Part shown: positions 43,349 through 56,690 of the stretch, one piece after another
How the letters are laid out: each line of letters starts with the position of its first letter
Position numbering within the stretch: the stretch's first letter is position 1
Assembly (NCBI GenBank): GCA_964016885.1
Contig: OZ024749.1
Span: 8,308,001-8,372,000 of the forward strand
DNA: 64,000 nucleotides
From: Eledone cirrhosa
Taxonomy: Eukaryota
Direction of reading: 5' to 3'
Translations under genes and position numbers: made by a program
Notes under the pieces: model-generated
Database searches by the model: none
Told to the model about the DNA's origin: nothing
What the model saw: only the letters and a program-made list of their open reading frames with translations

Positions 43349-44868
43349 TCTCCCTCATTCTCCCTCCTTCTCTCTGTCTCTCTCTTAATTATTGGAAACG
43401 GTGAAATGTGACAAATTACTGAAGACAATTTCATAATATATTTCTGTTTAAATCGTGACACCTTTAATACTGGGTACTAAAAGGGACACGTAACCCCCAC
43501 ATACACATACGGACGGGTCCACCTAGTTGTATAGCATCTAATGGAGAGAGTGTGTGCCGTTAATAATCTGTGATCAGCACTGTGTTGCATTCCTGACCAA
43601 GATACATCACACCCAAAATATTAAACCATCAAACCGTAGTAGTTTGTAGGGCATAATTGAGCTTGGGCTTTGTAAAGAATATTGGAAATGTCCCCATCCG
43701 TTCCCGGATGTATAACCTTGGATACTTCATCAGCGCTCTGACTGGAAGTCACTATGTATGCGGGATTTAAAACAAACTTCAGCAAGGAGATCCGATTGAA
43801 GTCTCTCAAGCTTCAAAGGGTTTTCCATCATTAAGATATAGAATCTTGGGCCCTTAAAAACTAAACTACGCTCAAATAGATATTAAGGCTGGAACAATTA
43901 GTTCGATAACTTTTCGGTAGATTACAGCGAGACAATCTTTCAACAGGTTACGATCACCAAATATATATGAAACAGGTTCGGAGTTGTTCCATGTATATGT
44001 CGGAATAATGAAAATACATTATTAGCAATTCAATGATATTTTTACTTTCTCCGAATATTCTTAGTTTCAATGATTAATGTTGCAGCATAATATATGCTTT
44101 CACCCACTTAGCTAATATTTATCTTACAGATGGCGTCTCAAAATAAATATTTAATCATTTCTTTCTTTCTCTATACCAACAACTTTGCATTTATGTATAT
44201 TCATTTCGTTTATTATTTAATTTTTAAACAATTCGATTTTTCTACGCCTGCAAATATTCCATTTCTGTCTATTTATCAAGCGATTCGTTTTCCTGACATT
44301 TCTACATGTTATGGCGGGGGTTATGATGTCGCAGGGGATTACACCTAATAGGGGGAAATCATGTCCAGGTTTGTCTACCTTCTCTAGCCCCTCCAACCCT
44401 TACATCCACCCCATACAGATACTCTAATACGATTTCAAAAAATACTATTAGCCATCAAACAATATTTATTTTCTCTCTCAATTTCAATGTTTAATGTTTT
44501 GACATTAAACATGATTTTACTCACTTAGCAATTATTTTAATAATTACTCAGCTAGATTGGAGTCAGGATTTACTGGAAGATTTAATGAAGGAATAATATT
44601 TGTCATCTAATGGGGGATATTGTCCTCCCACCACATCCCGTATAAGATCCTGATTATAGGTTTGTTTGGTTTGATGTCTGTTATTTTCCGTTTCGTATTG
44701 TTCTTCACATTTGTGTGGACTGGCTCCGTTACACGTTTCCAGGATCGTATTTCGTAGCTGTTCTAAATGGATTGCTGATACATCGTTCAACCCGCCTTTA
44801 TTTCTAAAGAAAATGGTGCCGCGAGTAACGCCTCCTCCAACGACAGTCTCACAGTAAAACGTAGACAG

Positions 44869-44906
<38 letters not shown>

Positions 44907-45064
44907 CAGAAAAGGAGAATTAAATCCCAGCACTTAACTTGTATTATATTTAACGACGATGAAAGGATGGAAATTAAAATTGAGCTCGACGTAATTTGAA
45001 CTTAGATTGTTGCTATCAAGAACAAATATCACGAACCTTTCTATTCAGTTGAACTCTCATTCAA

Positions 45065-45372
45065 ATATAAAGTTTGTGATCTCAGTTTAATTCTTTGTGA
45101 AGTCAACATTGTGATCAAGGTTCAAATCTCAGTGGAGTCAACATTGTGATCCGAGTTTAAATCGCAGTGAAGTCAACATTGTGATCAAGATTTAAATCTC
45201 AGTCAACATTGTTATCAAGGTTTAAATCTCAGTGAAGTCAACATTGTGATCTAGGTTTAATTCTCAGTGAAGTCAACATCTTGATCTAGGTTTAAATCTC
45301 AGTGAAGTCAACGTTGTTATTTAGGTTTAAATCTCAGTAAAGTCAACATTGTGATCTCAGTTCAAATCTCAG
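45065..45372. repeat. Minisatellite, about 32-bp unit, about 9 copies
   Basis: Consensus gtgaagtcaacattgtgatc(a/t)aggtttaaatctca. Confidence 0.9.
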
Positions 45373-45796
45373 GCCAGTGGACTGACAGAGGTATTACAGC
45401 GTTAGCTACAGATGAACACCTTGTTGTATCGGATCCGATTATTTGCCTCCTTGGGTCAAATCTTCTATCCCCTTACCGGAAGAAATAGTGACATGATAAA
45501 ATTGGGCACTTTATATAATTTAAATTCCCATGATACTTTCTATGAGTTACATCATCATAGAAAACCGGGAAAACCTACGGAGATTTGAACAGTAACAACA
45601 CAAATATAGCAATTTTGAGGGAATTTTTAACTCGGTTCCAGAACTTCTACATTATTGTTGATATATCTATAATTTATATAATCATAATTCTGTAATTCAG
45701 CTGACGTCCGTTTTAGTATACTGGTCCTCCAAGTGATTACTTAAAACAAACTCTACATACACTTCATTTATTGACGATGTCTTTAACAACTGCCTC

Positions 45797-45826
<30 letters not shown>

Positions 45827-45827
<1 letters not shown>

Positions 45828-46250
45828 CGATATTAAACAAATGGAAACTATATTTATAAAACCATATTTATTTCGTTATATATATTTCTGGGGTATCATA
45901 TTAAAAATATGGTATGCCTTCCTCAGACAAAATACAATACATAAGCTGTTTTATAAATAATTTTGACATACCTTATAATAATGCAACTTCCATTTAAAAA
46001 GTTGATTTTAAATGGAAGTTGCATTATTATAAGGTATGTCAAAATTATTTATAAAACAGCTTATGTATTGTATTTTGTCTGAGGAAGGCATACCATATTT
46101 TTAATATGATATCCCAGAAATATATATAACGAAATAAATATGGTTTTATAAATATAGTTTCCATTTGTTTAATATCGTAAACCTACTCCAGAAACTCAGT
46201 TATAAAATATTTACTCGTTGTAACCCAACAATTTTAAATAAAACTTTTGG
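45827..46250. mobile_element. PLE family A fold-back (apex near 46003); HHR at 46071-46136 (+) and its antisense copy
   Basis: About 170-bp near-perfect inverted arms; TATTTTGT-CTGAGGA...GAAA-TATATA-TA-ACGAAATA. Confidence 0.88.
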
Positions 46251-46270
46251 ATATATATATATATATATAT

Positions 46271-46870
46271 ATTGTTATACTTTGGGAGGGTCATGTTGCC
46301 AATAAGAAACACACGCAACAGATGCTTTCACTTCAATTTATTATAATAAATTTATAAATTTTGGAATTTATAAGTTTCTGGTTGGTTGGTTGGTTCCACA
46401 ACCAGATGATTGCTTATATATTGTCAAAGTTCTTTCGTCACACATTCTGTGACCTCTTCAGTGACTGGGGATTCTTTTCTTTGGTTTTTATGTCTCTCCT
46501 TTGTTCTGTCCTACGCCATCTTGTTTTTGTGTGTCACAAAAACAAGACACACAAGACACACCAAAACAAGATGGCGTAGGACAGAACAAAGGTGAGGCAC
46601 AAAAACAAAGAAAAGAATCCCCAGTCACTGAAGAGGTCACAGAATGTGTGACAAAAGAACTTTGACAATATATAAACAATCATCTGGTTGTTGAACCAAC
46701 CAACCGGAAATTTATAAATTTATAAATTTATAAATTTATTATAATAAATGGAAGTGAAAGCAACTGGTGCGTGTGTTTCTTATTGGCAACATGACCCTCC
46801 CAGAGTATAACAATATCGGTTTCAACACACGTTTTCAGATAAAGAATCTTGCTAAACAAATTCAGAAACG

Positions 46871-46873
<3 letters not shown>
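46271..46873. mobile_element. PLE family E fold-back (about 260-bp arms, apex near 46545); HHRs at 46423-46465 (-) and 46624-46666 (+, GAAA mutated)
   Basis: The arms are reverse complements and match 47875-48189. Confidence 0.9.
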
Positions 46874-46916
<43 letters not shown>

Positions 46917-46920
<4 letters not shown>

Positions 46921-48189
46921 TAAAAAAGGGTTTTTTTGACGATAACACCCCAGTGAGAAAATTTGCTCCGAACGAATTGCATGTGTCCGAAGGAACCTGC
47001 AGCCGTAGAATCAGCCAGATTCATACTGTGATCATGTCTCGAGCTACCTCCCCGCAAAACAATTGTGACACCTCTAGGGGTTGTATCGATGAACATTACA
47101 CCTGCCCCTTGTATAGGAGCAAATTTTGGAATAGAATAGAAAGAACTAGGAATAAGGCTAATAGAATAAACTCATGATATGATAGCAATAAATACCAGAG
47201 TGTAATGTTCATCGATACAACCCCTAGAGGTGAATTAGCTTACACATTTAGAAGGGCCCTAGATAAACATAAACTCAATATTAAGATAGTAGAAAGACCA
47301 GGTACCTCCATAAAAACACTTATTAGCAAGACATACCATTTTCAAAGACCTCCCCCCCCCCCTGTATAGATAAGAAATGTATAACCTGTAAATTAAGCCC
47401 CCATATTAACTGTAAAACTAGAAATGTAGTATATAGCATAAGATGTACTGAAAGACAATGTAGAGATAAAAATATAGTGTACATAGGTGAGACAGCTCGT
47501 AGTGTAGGGGAACGGATAAATGAACACTGGCAAGACCTTCAAGATAGTAAAGAATCATCTGTACTCTACCAACATGCTAAAATAGAACATAAGGGTAAAT
47601 TAGAGAACATAGAAATAAAAATAGAATCTACACACAGAAAAGACGCAATGTTTAGACAAATCACAGAGGCAATAAACATAAAAGAATTACAACCAAAATT
47701 AAATAGGAAAGATGAGTGGAACAGCAACATCACAACTTACAATTAAGGACAAAATGAAAACACACACGCACATAGAACAAACAAACAACCAGTAACATGT
47801 AAATAAACGAATATAAACACACACAGACACCCGGATGTGGCGCATGCGCAGACTGAACACACAACACACACACAGAAACAAGATGGCGTAGGACAGAACA
47901 AAGGAGAGGCACAAAAACAAAGAAAATAATCCCCAGTCACTGAAGAGGTCACAGAATGTGTGACGAAAGAACTTTGACAATATATAAACAACCATCTGGT
48001 TGTGGAACCAACCAACCAACCGGAAATTTATAAATTCCTAAATTTATAAATGTATTATAATAAATTGAAGTGAAAGCAACTGGTGCGTGTGTTTCTTATT
48101 GGCAACATGACCCTCCCAAAGTATAACAATATCGGTTTCAATACACGTTTTCAGATAAAGAATCTTGCTAAACAAATTCAGAAACGAAA
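46917..48189 (+). mobile_element. Penelope-like element family E, 5'-truncated (linker + GIY-YIG + pseudo-LTR), with a short 5' inversion
   Basis: VMFIDTTPRGEL, INCKTRNVVYSIRC...C...YIGETARSVGERINEH...RQITEA.NI...PKLNRK; 47068-47101 is inverted relative to 47199-47232. Confidence 0.9.
47936..47978 (+). ncRNA. Minimal type I hammerhead, family E
   Basis: GTCA-CTGAAGA-GGTCACA gaatg TGTGAC-GAAA-GAAC-TT-TGAC. Confidence 0.8.
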
Positions 48190-48208
48190 TATATATATAT
48201 ATATATAA

Positions 48209-48330
<122 letters not shown>

Positions 48331-48764
48331 GTGGTTAATTATGGTAATTGGCAGAGGAAATGGTGTATATATATTATCAAATGATTCTATGGACATACTT
48401 TATAGTGTATATATATATATATATATATATATTTCTCCCATCTCTCACTCTCTCCTAACGTATTTGTTTCCTCTCTCTCTTCTTCTCTCACTACTCTTCC
48501 GCTCAATGAAATGTTTTGTTTAACCTGACTCATTGCTATGAACTCATTGTAGCCGCTGGTTCTTTGACACATATTTTCGTGTTTGTTATTTTACGAGATA
48601 TATTTGCAATGCTTCATATAAAATATATACTTAATAAATTGATTGATAATAAATTTAGAATGTTTCGCAATAAAACTTATATTGTTTCATTGTAATTTTA
48701 TACTGTTTGAATATATATTGACGGTGTTTCGTGCTAAATTTGTTCTATTTTCGTAAGCACAGCA

Positions 48765-48925
48765 TTACCAAATGGCTGAGGAGTTTGATTCGTAACAATA
48801 TGTTCATGCGTTCGATCTTATAGCATCCTAGGTGAGTATCATTTAATATAGCCTCGGGTTGACACAAGACATATGAGTCAAATTTGGTAGACGGAGACTG
48901 TTTAAAAGACCGTTGGTTCGACTGT
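48765..48925 (+). mobile_element. Old tRNA-derived SINE remnant
   Basis: Decayed tRNA-like head (gcgttcgatc) and body agcctcgggttgac...atttggtagacggagactg. Confidence 0.5.
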
Positions 48926-49164
48926 ACCTGCTATTCAAACGTCCGGCTTTGTCAGACACTCTGTCTTGCTGAATCGACCGGAGAATTACATTAACGGTAC
49001 ACGTGTTTGGGGAATACTCAGTCTCTTGCAACTTAATTGCATAGGCAGGCTGCTTTGTTGACTGAACAAATGGAACACGTATCCACTCCATTCCATGGTT
49101 GTTTCCACCATTGACCTCTGGCGTCTTCTGCACCGTTTTATGGTACCTATTGCCAGTCCAGATG

Positions 49165-49720
49165 AAGTGACCGTTGACAATGAAGTGTCACTGACAACTT
49201 CTTTGACAATCTAGTGTCGTTGGCAACATAATTCACTTGATAATCTAGTGGTGTTGACAACACCGTTTTTGCTTACATTTACAAACAATTTGTTGACCAC
49301 CAAGTGTCGTTGATAATCTAGTACCTTTGAAAATCTAGTGTCGCTGACAATCAGATCCTTGCCAATCTAGTGTTGTTTGACAATCTAGTGTCGTTGACAA
49401 TCTCGTGCCGTTGATAATCTAATGTCCTTAACAATCTAGCGTCGTTGATAATCTAGTGACGTTTGTGATCTAGTTTCGTTGACAATCTAGTGTTGTTTGA
49501 CAATTTCGTGTCGTTGACAATCTCGTGTCGTTGACAAGCTAGTGTTGTTTGACAATCCAGTGTCGTTGACAATCTAGTGCCGTTGACAATCTAGTGTTGT
49601 TTGACAATCTAGTGTCGTTGACAATCTCCTGTCGTTGACAATCTAATGTTGTTTGACAATCTCGTGCCGTTGACAATCTCATGTCGTTGACAATGTATTA
49701 TTGTTTGACAACCGAGTGTC
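49165..49720. repeat. Minisatellite, 17-18-bp unit
   Basis: Consensus gacaatctagtgtcgtt, about 25-30 copies. Confidence 0.92.
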
Positions 49721-50264
49721 CCCACACAAGCAAGTTAGCAATACTTGGTGCCTGATAAGTTATTCGTAGTTTTCATAGTTTTGACATGAGAAATAAAATG
49801 TGAAGGGAACGAGTTTGGGAAGTAAAACATTACAAAAAGTCAAATAAAACAGAAGGTGATAATGAGAGACTGGACAACATTCTGACGTCTGGGTAAAATA
49901 AAAGAATGCAATATAAACTGGCTATGAAAATAAAAGTGTTGCTGCATGTGTATGTGTATATATATATATGTTGTGAAGCGAAGTAAAGTGAATGGAAGTG
50001 GTGAGAGTAATGTGATTATATTAGTATAGATCAATGTAATATAACATGATATAAAGTTATGTAATGTAATATAATGTAATGTAGACACCAGAATTTGGTA
50101 AGCAAGTGATAGTTGTATTGGTAGTAATCAGATTGAAAATATAAACTGTAACGGTTTTATACAGAGGTGTAGAGTAAAATAAAGTAGATACTAACATTTT
50201 GGCTGCATCATAAAACATTATTATTATTATTATTATTATTATTGTTGTTATTATTGTCATTAGT

Positions 50265-50375
50265 TGGCTACCCGCCGAGGTTAACTTTGCCTTTCATCCT
50301 TACGGGGTCGATAAAATAAAGTACCAGTAATGTACTGGGTAATTGCTGGCCTTGTGCCAAACGTAGAAACAATCA
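50265..50375 (+). mobile_element. S1 SINE 3' fragment
   Basis: cgccgaggttaactttgcctttcatccttacggggtcgataaaataaagtaccag. Confidence 0.8.
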
Positions 50376-50842
50376 TATTCAGATTATCATTGTTCTTTGA
50401 GTCTCAGTCATTGATGTTATTTAACAGGAAAGTTTGTTGAAATGAATATCAAGCCGCTACCTGCAGCCTCAGACATTCAGGACGTATCGGAGGGTTCTTG
50501 CAGTTCCCAGCAAGCATGCCTTTTGAAGTGTTCCAAAAAGCGGGGCTGGACTAATCTTCTTTAACCATCCTTGGAAACTCTTTGAGATAGTACCTAGTGC
50601 GGCTATGACAATCGGGACGACCTTGATTTCATGACAGTTCCAAATCCTTTTTACCTCCCACTTTAGATCCTGGTATCGGTTAATTTTCTCCCTCTCCTTT
50701 TCTTGCACTCCCGTGTCAAATGGGCAGGCTACATCTACAATTAGGCACGGTCGTTTTTCCTTGTCCAAAACCACCAAGTCAGGCCTATTGTGTTTCAGTT
50801 TCTTGTCCGTCTGTATCCTAAAATTCCTAAAATCACAAATGC
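50376..50842 (-). mobile_element. R4/Dong-type non-LTR element, RLE domain and 3' end
   Basis: WDF.IQTD...HNRPDLVVLDK...IVDVACPFD...EK..KI.RYQDLKWEVKRIW...VVPIVI.ALG; (ATT)n flank. Confidence 0.88.
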
Positions 50843-50879
50843 TGATGATGATTATTATTATTATTATTATTATTATTAT

Positions 50880-51275
50880 TGCGGATTGGCAGTATCGGTA
50901 GAGGGTCGGACGTCATGCGTTGACACATTGAGTTACGGCCCTTTCCATTCTGAGTCAACTTTGCCTTTCATCCTTACGGGGTCGATAAAATAAAGTACCA
51001 GTAATGTACTGGATTATTGCTGGGTAATTTCTGGCCTTGTGCCAAAAGGAGAAACAATTATTATTGTTATTATTGTCATAAGTTGGCTAAAACTTTAGGG
51101 TGTGGGACAAAATATCTTGCGAAATGTGTGTCTGGTGTCTTTTCTCGAATTTATATCCGACCCAGGTCAATTTTGCCTTTTATCCATCAAGGGTGGGTTA
51201 TAATTAGGTACCAGTCGACTACTGGGGGGTACATTAAGTCGACTTTCCCTTTACTCTGAAATTACATGTCTTCGT
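50880..51275 (+). mobile_element. Two S1-type SINE copies (50880-51060; 51080-51275 diverged)
   Basis: gcggattggcagtatcggtagag head, ctttgcctttcatccttacggggtcgataaaataaagtacc body and (att)n tail. Confidence 0.7.
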
Positions 51276-51764
51276 GTCTCGTGCTGCCAGGTAATCGTGG
51301 CACTTTACCATCGCCCGTGGCCCGATACATCAAATTCCATTCTATAGAGAATTAGTGTATTGAATGTGTGCTGATGGCCTAGGTTCAATCCTAGACGACG
51401 GCAAGGATGTTCTGAGCGGACTCTCCTGGAGGAATTTCAGGTCGGAGATGATGGATCATTTCTAACACTCCTTGGCATGTCAGTGATACAGAGGGGCATT
51501 ACCAGTTTGAGGCAAGGGCTACAGATACTAAATAAGCAGCAGCCGAACCTCTACAAGATGCATGCAGATGTGTAAAATCATGTTTACACATCTGCATTGT
51601 TATGGCGTGTAAGGCAGATCAAGCTGTCAGCCGTTCTATTATGAAACTCGAACCATCACCTTACTTTAGAAGGGAGGCACGTCAAATATTCCTTTTGCAT
51701 GATAGCTATGGCGAAAGAACTACATGGTGTACACGTCTAAATATAAAGATCTAGTGATCTAGAG

Positions 51765-52271
51765 ATACTGGGGTCGCTAGGGTATTGATGCTAATTACCT
51801 TATTCTTCTCATTTGCTTCAGTTTTAAGTAGTAATTTAATCCTTTGTAGTATTCTTTTCTGATTTTCTTTCTTATCTGTGTATATTGAACACTATCTAAT
51901 TCGTTGGCTCCTAAGTATTTCTATGCCTGATTTTGTCTAATTCTCTTATCTCGGTTTCTTTATCTTACATGATATTACATTTGTTCATTACCTTTCCTCT
52001 CTTCAAAGTTGCCTTGGTACATTTTTCTAGTCAAAATGTCATACCTATTTCTTTTGTGAATCCATGTACAGTTTGTAGCAGTGTTTTGAGTTGTTTGCAG
52101 CATTCAGTTTTATATCATCCATAAATAGATGACTAATCTTCTTGTTGTAGTATTTATACCCTTGTCCAGTTTGGTTTAGTCTCTCAGTTAATGGTGTTAA
52201 TCCTAAGCAGAAACGCTGTGGTGATAGGGAGTCCCCTTTAAATATTCCTCTGATGATTGGGAAGGGCTCAC

Positions 52272-52272
<1 letters not shown>
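51765..52272 (-). mobile_element. R4/Dong-type RT fragment
   Basis: IRGIFKGDSLSP..FCLGLTPL...GYK....ISHLFMDDIKL; (ATT)n flank. Confidence 0.85.
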
Positions 52273-52302
<30 letters not shown>

Positions 52303-53172
52303 CATCTCTGATTGTGTGCTACAGCTTTTATTGAATGCAAGTGCATGCAGATGTGTGTATTAATACATCCGCACAGTCACATATCTGTATGTATTACACA
52401 TTTTCACCCACATACTAGCAAAAACGCAGACACGGAGACACATACATACACACATGCATACACACATACACACACACACATATATACACATACATACATG
52501 CATGCATACATACATACACATACATGCATGCATACATACATACATATACACACACACACCTACATACATGCATGCATTCATACTTACATACACACATACA
52601 TACATACATACATACATACATGCATGCATACACACATACCTACATACCTGTATGCATGAATACATACATACACACACACACACATACCTACATACATCCA
52701 TACATACATACACACACACCTACATGTGTATTTGCGTCAATATATTTTTATGAACAATTAAGTATATGGATGCTTGAATATCTAATAAAGATGTCACAGC
52801 ATAAGTGGATGTGTGTGTGTTGGGTGGTTACCTAAAGTAGGTTTAATACCTTCGGGGTCCTAATTGATAATTTACAAATATAGAAACTTACATTTACTGA
52901 CATACATATATATATGTATATATACATAGATGCATATATATATATATATATACATGCACATATATATATACATATATACATGTATATATACATAGATGCA
53001 TATATATATATATACATGCATATATATATATACATATATACATGTATATATACATAAATGCATATATATATATATATATATACATGTATATATACATAGA
53101 TGCATATATATATATATACATGCATATATACATAGATGCATATATATATATATACATGTATATATACATAGA

Positions 53173-53211
<39 letters not shown>

Positions 53212-53345
53212 ATATACATAGATGCATATATATATATATATACATGCATATATATATATATATACATGCATATATATATACATGCATATATATATATATA
53301 TATATATATACATGCATATATATATATATATATATATATACATGC

Positions 53346-53384
<39 letters not shown>

Positions 53385-53390
53385 CATGCA

Positions 53391-53422
<32 letters not shown>

Positions 53423-53427
53423 CATGC

Positions 53428-53510
<83 letters not shown>

Positions 53511-53605
53511 CATGCATATATATATATACATGCATATATATATATACATATATATATACATACATATATATATATACATGCATATATATATATATATATA
53601 TATAT

Positions 53606-53935
53606 GGTGGCTGCCAACTCGTTTTCGAGTACGGCCACTACTTTATATCCATGTAGGAGAACCCCTACCGATGCGCTGAACGAATGTGACTTTTTAGTCC
53701 AGCCAGCGACTTGAAAACTCTGGTACAAAGACTACACTTGTGACCATTATTGACACATAGTGCAGGGGCCATGGTACCATGTGATGACAAGTGCAGAGAG
53801 ATCTCCAGATATAAAGAAATGCCTGTGCTGTGAAGCTTTTATAGTGAGCAAAGGCACTGCACAAAGCCAGTCCCACTCTCTTAACCAAGATGATATTTAC
53901 CAAAAAGAAGAACAAGTCAACATCATTGGATACCG
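53606..53935 (-). mobile_element. RTE-clade LINE 3' end with a C2H2 zinc finger and (TA)n tail
   Basis: Reverse complement encodes [25 protein letters not shown], then a short 3' UTR ending ggcagccacc(AT)n. Confidence 0.75.
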
Positions 53936-54044
53936 TCAGGGTTGCAGGTGTTATATCAGAGTTTTCCTTCTCCTAGAATTCGGCCTTGACAAAGGCTAAG
54001 GGGTCATCTCTCCCGGTATATATATATATACATGCATATATACA

Positions 54045-54109
<65 letters not shown>

Positions 54110-54111
<2 letters not shown>

Positions 54112-54172
54112 AGGGCGGTGCCCCAGCATGGCCTCAGCCGGATGGCTGAAACAGGTAAAAGAGTAAAAGAGT
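54110..54172 (+). mobile_element. SINE 3' tail fragment (diverged relative at about 55800-55925)
   Basis: ggcggtgccccagcatggcc.cag...gctgaaacaggtaaaagagtaaaaga, with a tandem tail. Confidence 0.5.
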
Positions 54173-54183
54173 ATACATGCATA

Positions 54184-54222
<39 letters not shown>

Positions 54223-54302
54223 TCATATATGCGCGCGTGTGTATACACGCAGGTATACATATATAATTGCATATATGCATGCATACATGTATATGGACAT
54301 TC

Positions 54303-54369
<67 letters not shown>

Positions 54370-56397
54370 TATATTATACAAACATATTTATGCACTTATT
54401 TGTATGTGTACTTATCAAGTATGAGCGTGTGTGCAGCTGTTGTGTGTTTGTGCAACTTCATGCACGTATGTATGTCTATGTTTATGTGCTATATTAATCT
54501 ATATTTATATGTATATAAACTAAAACCTTTTAACATCAACTTCCTCTACCTTCTATTAAAGTGCATGTTTCTACTTCCTACTACTTATAAGTGAATCTAT
54601 CACTGAACAATGCAACATATACCACCACTAACTCCACCACCACAACAACAACAACTCCACTATTATCACTTCCATCACGACATCCACAATCATCAACGCC
54701 AACAATCAGCCCTACCGCACTCTACACTAAATTCATCCTTACCTCCACTATTTCATCTACTTCAAAATTACAAAACTTACCTTCATACTAATGGAATGAC
54801 AATTTGAAGAAATTGATCATAGGTATTACGAATTAATAAAATATGTGATTGCCATGAGTGGAACTTTTTGAATTTGAGATTAGCCATGCCTGATCTGAAA
54901 CTAAAGAATATATTTAACAATATAGCCTAAAACCATAACAACGATCGTTGAGTGTTGCTATCCTTGTGTCAACTCTAGTAGCAGGCGTGACCCCTGCAAC
55001 GTTGAAAAGTAACTAATCCTGAATTATTAATAGTATACAATCGTTTATTCAAATGTCAGAAAGTTTCAGTAGGTATAAACACAGCAATAAAATAATTTTG
55101 TCGCGTTACATGGTTGCCAACTCTTGTTCAATGTTTGTCCGGACATATTGGCAAATCTATTTTTTTTAGATGTTTTAGCATTTTTTTTACTTCATTTTTG
55201 TTCGAATTAATTTCTTTTATGTTAGATGGAACTTTTATTTCACAAATATATTAATACAAAAATAATACTATTAGAGGGAAGAAAACAACAACAAAAGGAA
55301 ATGAATAGAAGAAAAGTGAAACAAGAATTAAGCAATGGAAGATAGGAAGTGGGGAGGGGAGACAGGACACCCGAATCTGTGTTCCAGCTGTGCTCCATCT
55401 ACAAAAGGGCAAAGGAATTTACTTATATTTTCGATTTATCTAGGTCGCAGCTCCAGTTTTTTTTTTATCTGAAATCTTTGTTTATAGATTTGTTCATCTT
55501 AGGATTTACTTGTCTGTTCGTTAAGTATTGAATTATCTAACCTTGGGGTTAATATTAGTTCTACTCTAGACTCGAATTGACCAAAGGCTTGATTGGAGGA
55601 CTATCACATATAAATCTGTGTCTGTTTGCGTGTATGTGTATGTGTGTATGTATGTATGTATGTCGCCGTAGCGGTGTAAGAGAATATGCGTGTGTATTTG
55701 AGTATGTGTGTATCTGTGTATGTGTGCGTACGCATGTTTTATGGTAGATTGAAGAACAGTCTTTCATGTCATAATTTATACATAACCATTCCATCAACAG
55801 AGATCGATAACAGAAGTAGCAAACAGAAATAAGTGCGGGGATCGATACGACTGACTAAAAACCCTTCTAGTAGACTGCACCTTAGTATAGCAACAGTCAA
55901 ATGGATGACTGAAATCATAAATTAAAATTGGTATTAAGATGAATGGAAAAGAGAAAAACTAGGGAACATCCAACTGAGATAAAAGCTAGAAGTATCTTTC
56001 AATATACTCAATATAAACAATACCATTAATGCCAAAATTATACAAGTTATTTTAATGCCAAATGAACATAAGAGATAATAGAGAGGCCGTGCTGGGAACC
56101 TGTGAGTGATCATATCTCTAATTTTAAGAGGAAACCCTGCAGAGGCGCAATTACTGGAATATTCCAAGTATTCAGGTGAAATATAATAACATATAATCTA
56201 TCAAAGAAACTTTCGCTTTCAATGGGAATGGCGTTGTAAATAAACAATATTAATATATATAATTATCAGTACGTGTGTGTATGTATGTATGTGTGTATCA
56301 ATGTATGTGTGAGTGCGTATATGTGTATATAAGAGAAATCAAAAAGCTATGAAGAGAGAGGAGGAAAATTGAAAATTTACTTAAAGATATCGAAGCT

Positions 56398-56458
<61 letters not shown>

Positions 56459-56460
<2 letters not shown>

Positions 56461-56638
56461 GAAGACAGCATATATATGTGAAGGTATGTATATTTCCTCT
56501 TATAGTTTGTAAAATATTTTTACATAGATCTATATGATATAAATACCAACACACATATACATCCTAGAAACGATCGTAAAATAATGAATTTTTTAATATA
56601 AGCAACTTCTTCTTTGTTTTTATTCATTGTTTTTATTA

Positions 56639-56643
<5 letters not shown>
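56459..56643 (+). mobile_element. Family D single short arm starting at the HHR core
   Basis: Starts ctgaagacagcatatatatgtg, contains gaaacgatcgtaaaataatgaa and ends tttattaatttat(AT)n. Confidence 0.8.

Positions 56644-56688
<45 letters not shown>

Positions 56689-56690
<2 letters not shown>

Noticed and set aside
43390-43830. Decayed mariner-like transposase or exon on the minus strand
   Set aside because: Only faint resemblance (GWG...QSP...RW) with no consistent open frame; not supportable without a profile search.
49165-49720. CRISPR-like array (also 4918-5236 and 45065-45372)
   Set aside because: Units are head-to-tail with no unique spacers, there are no cas genes, and the context is eukaryotic.
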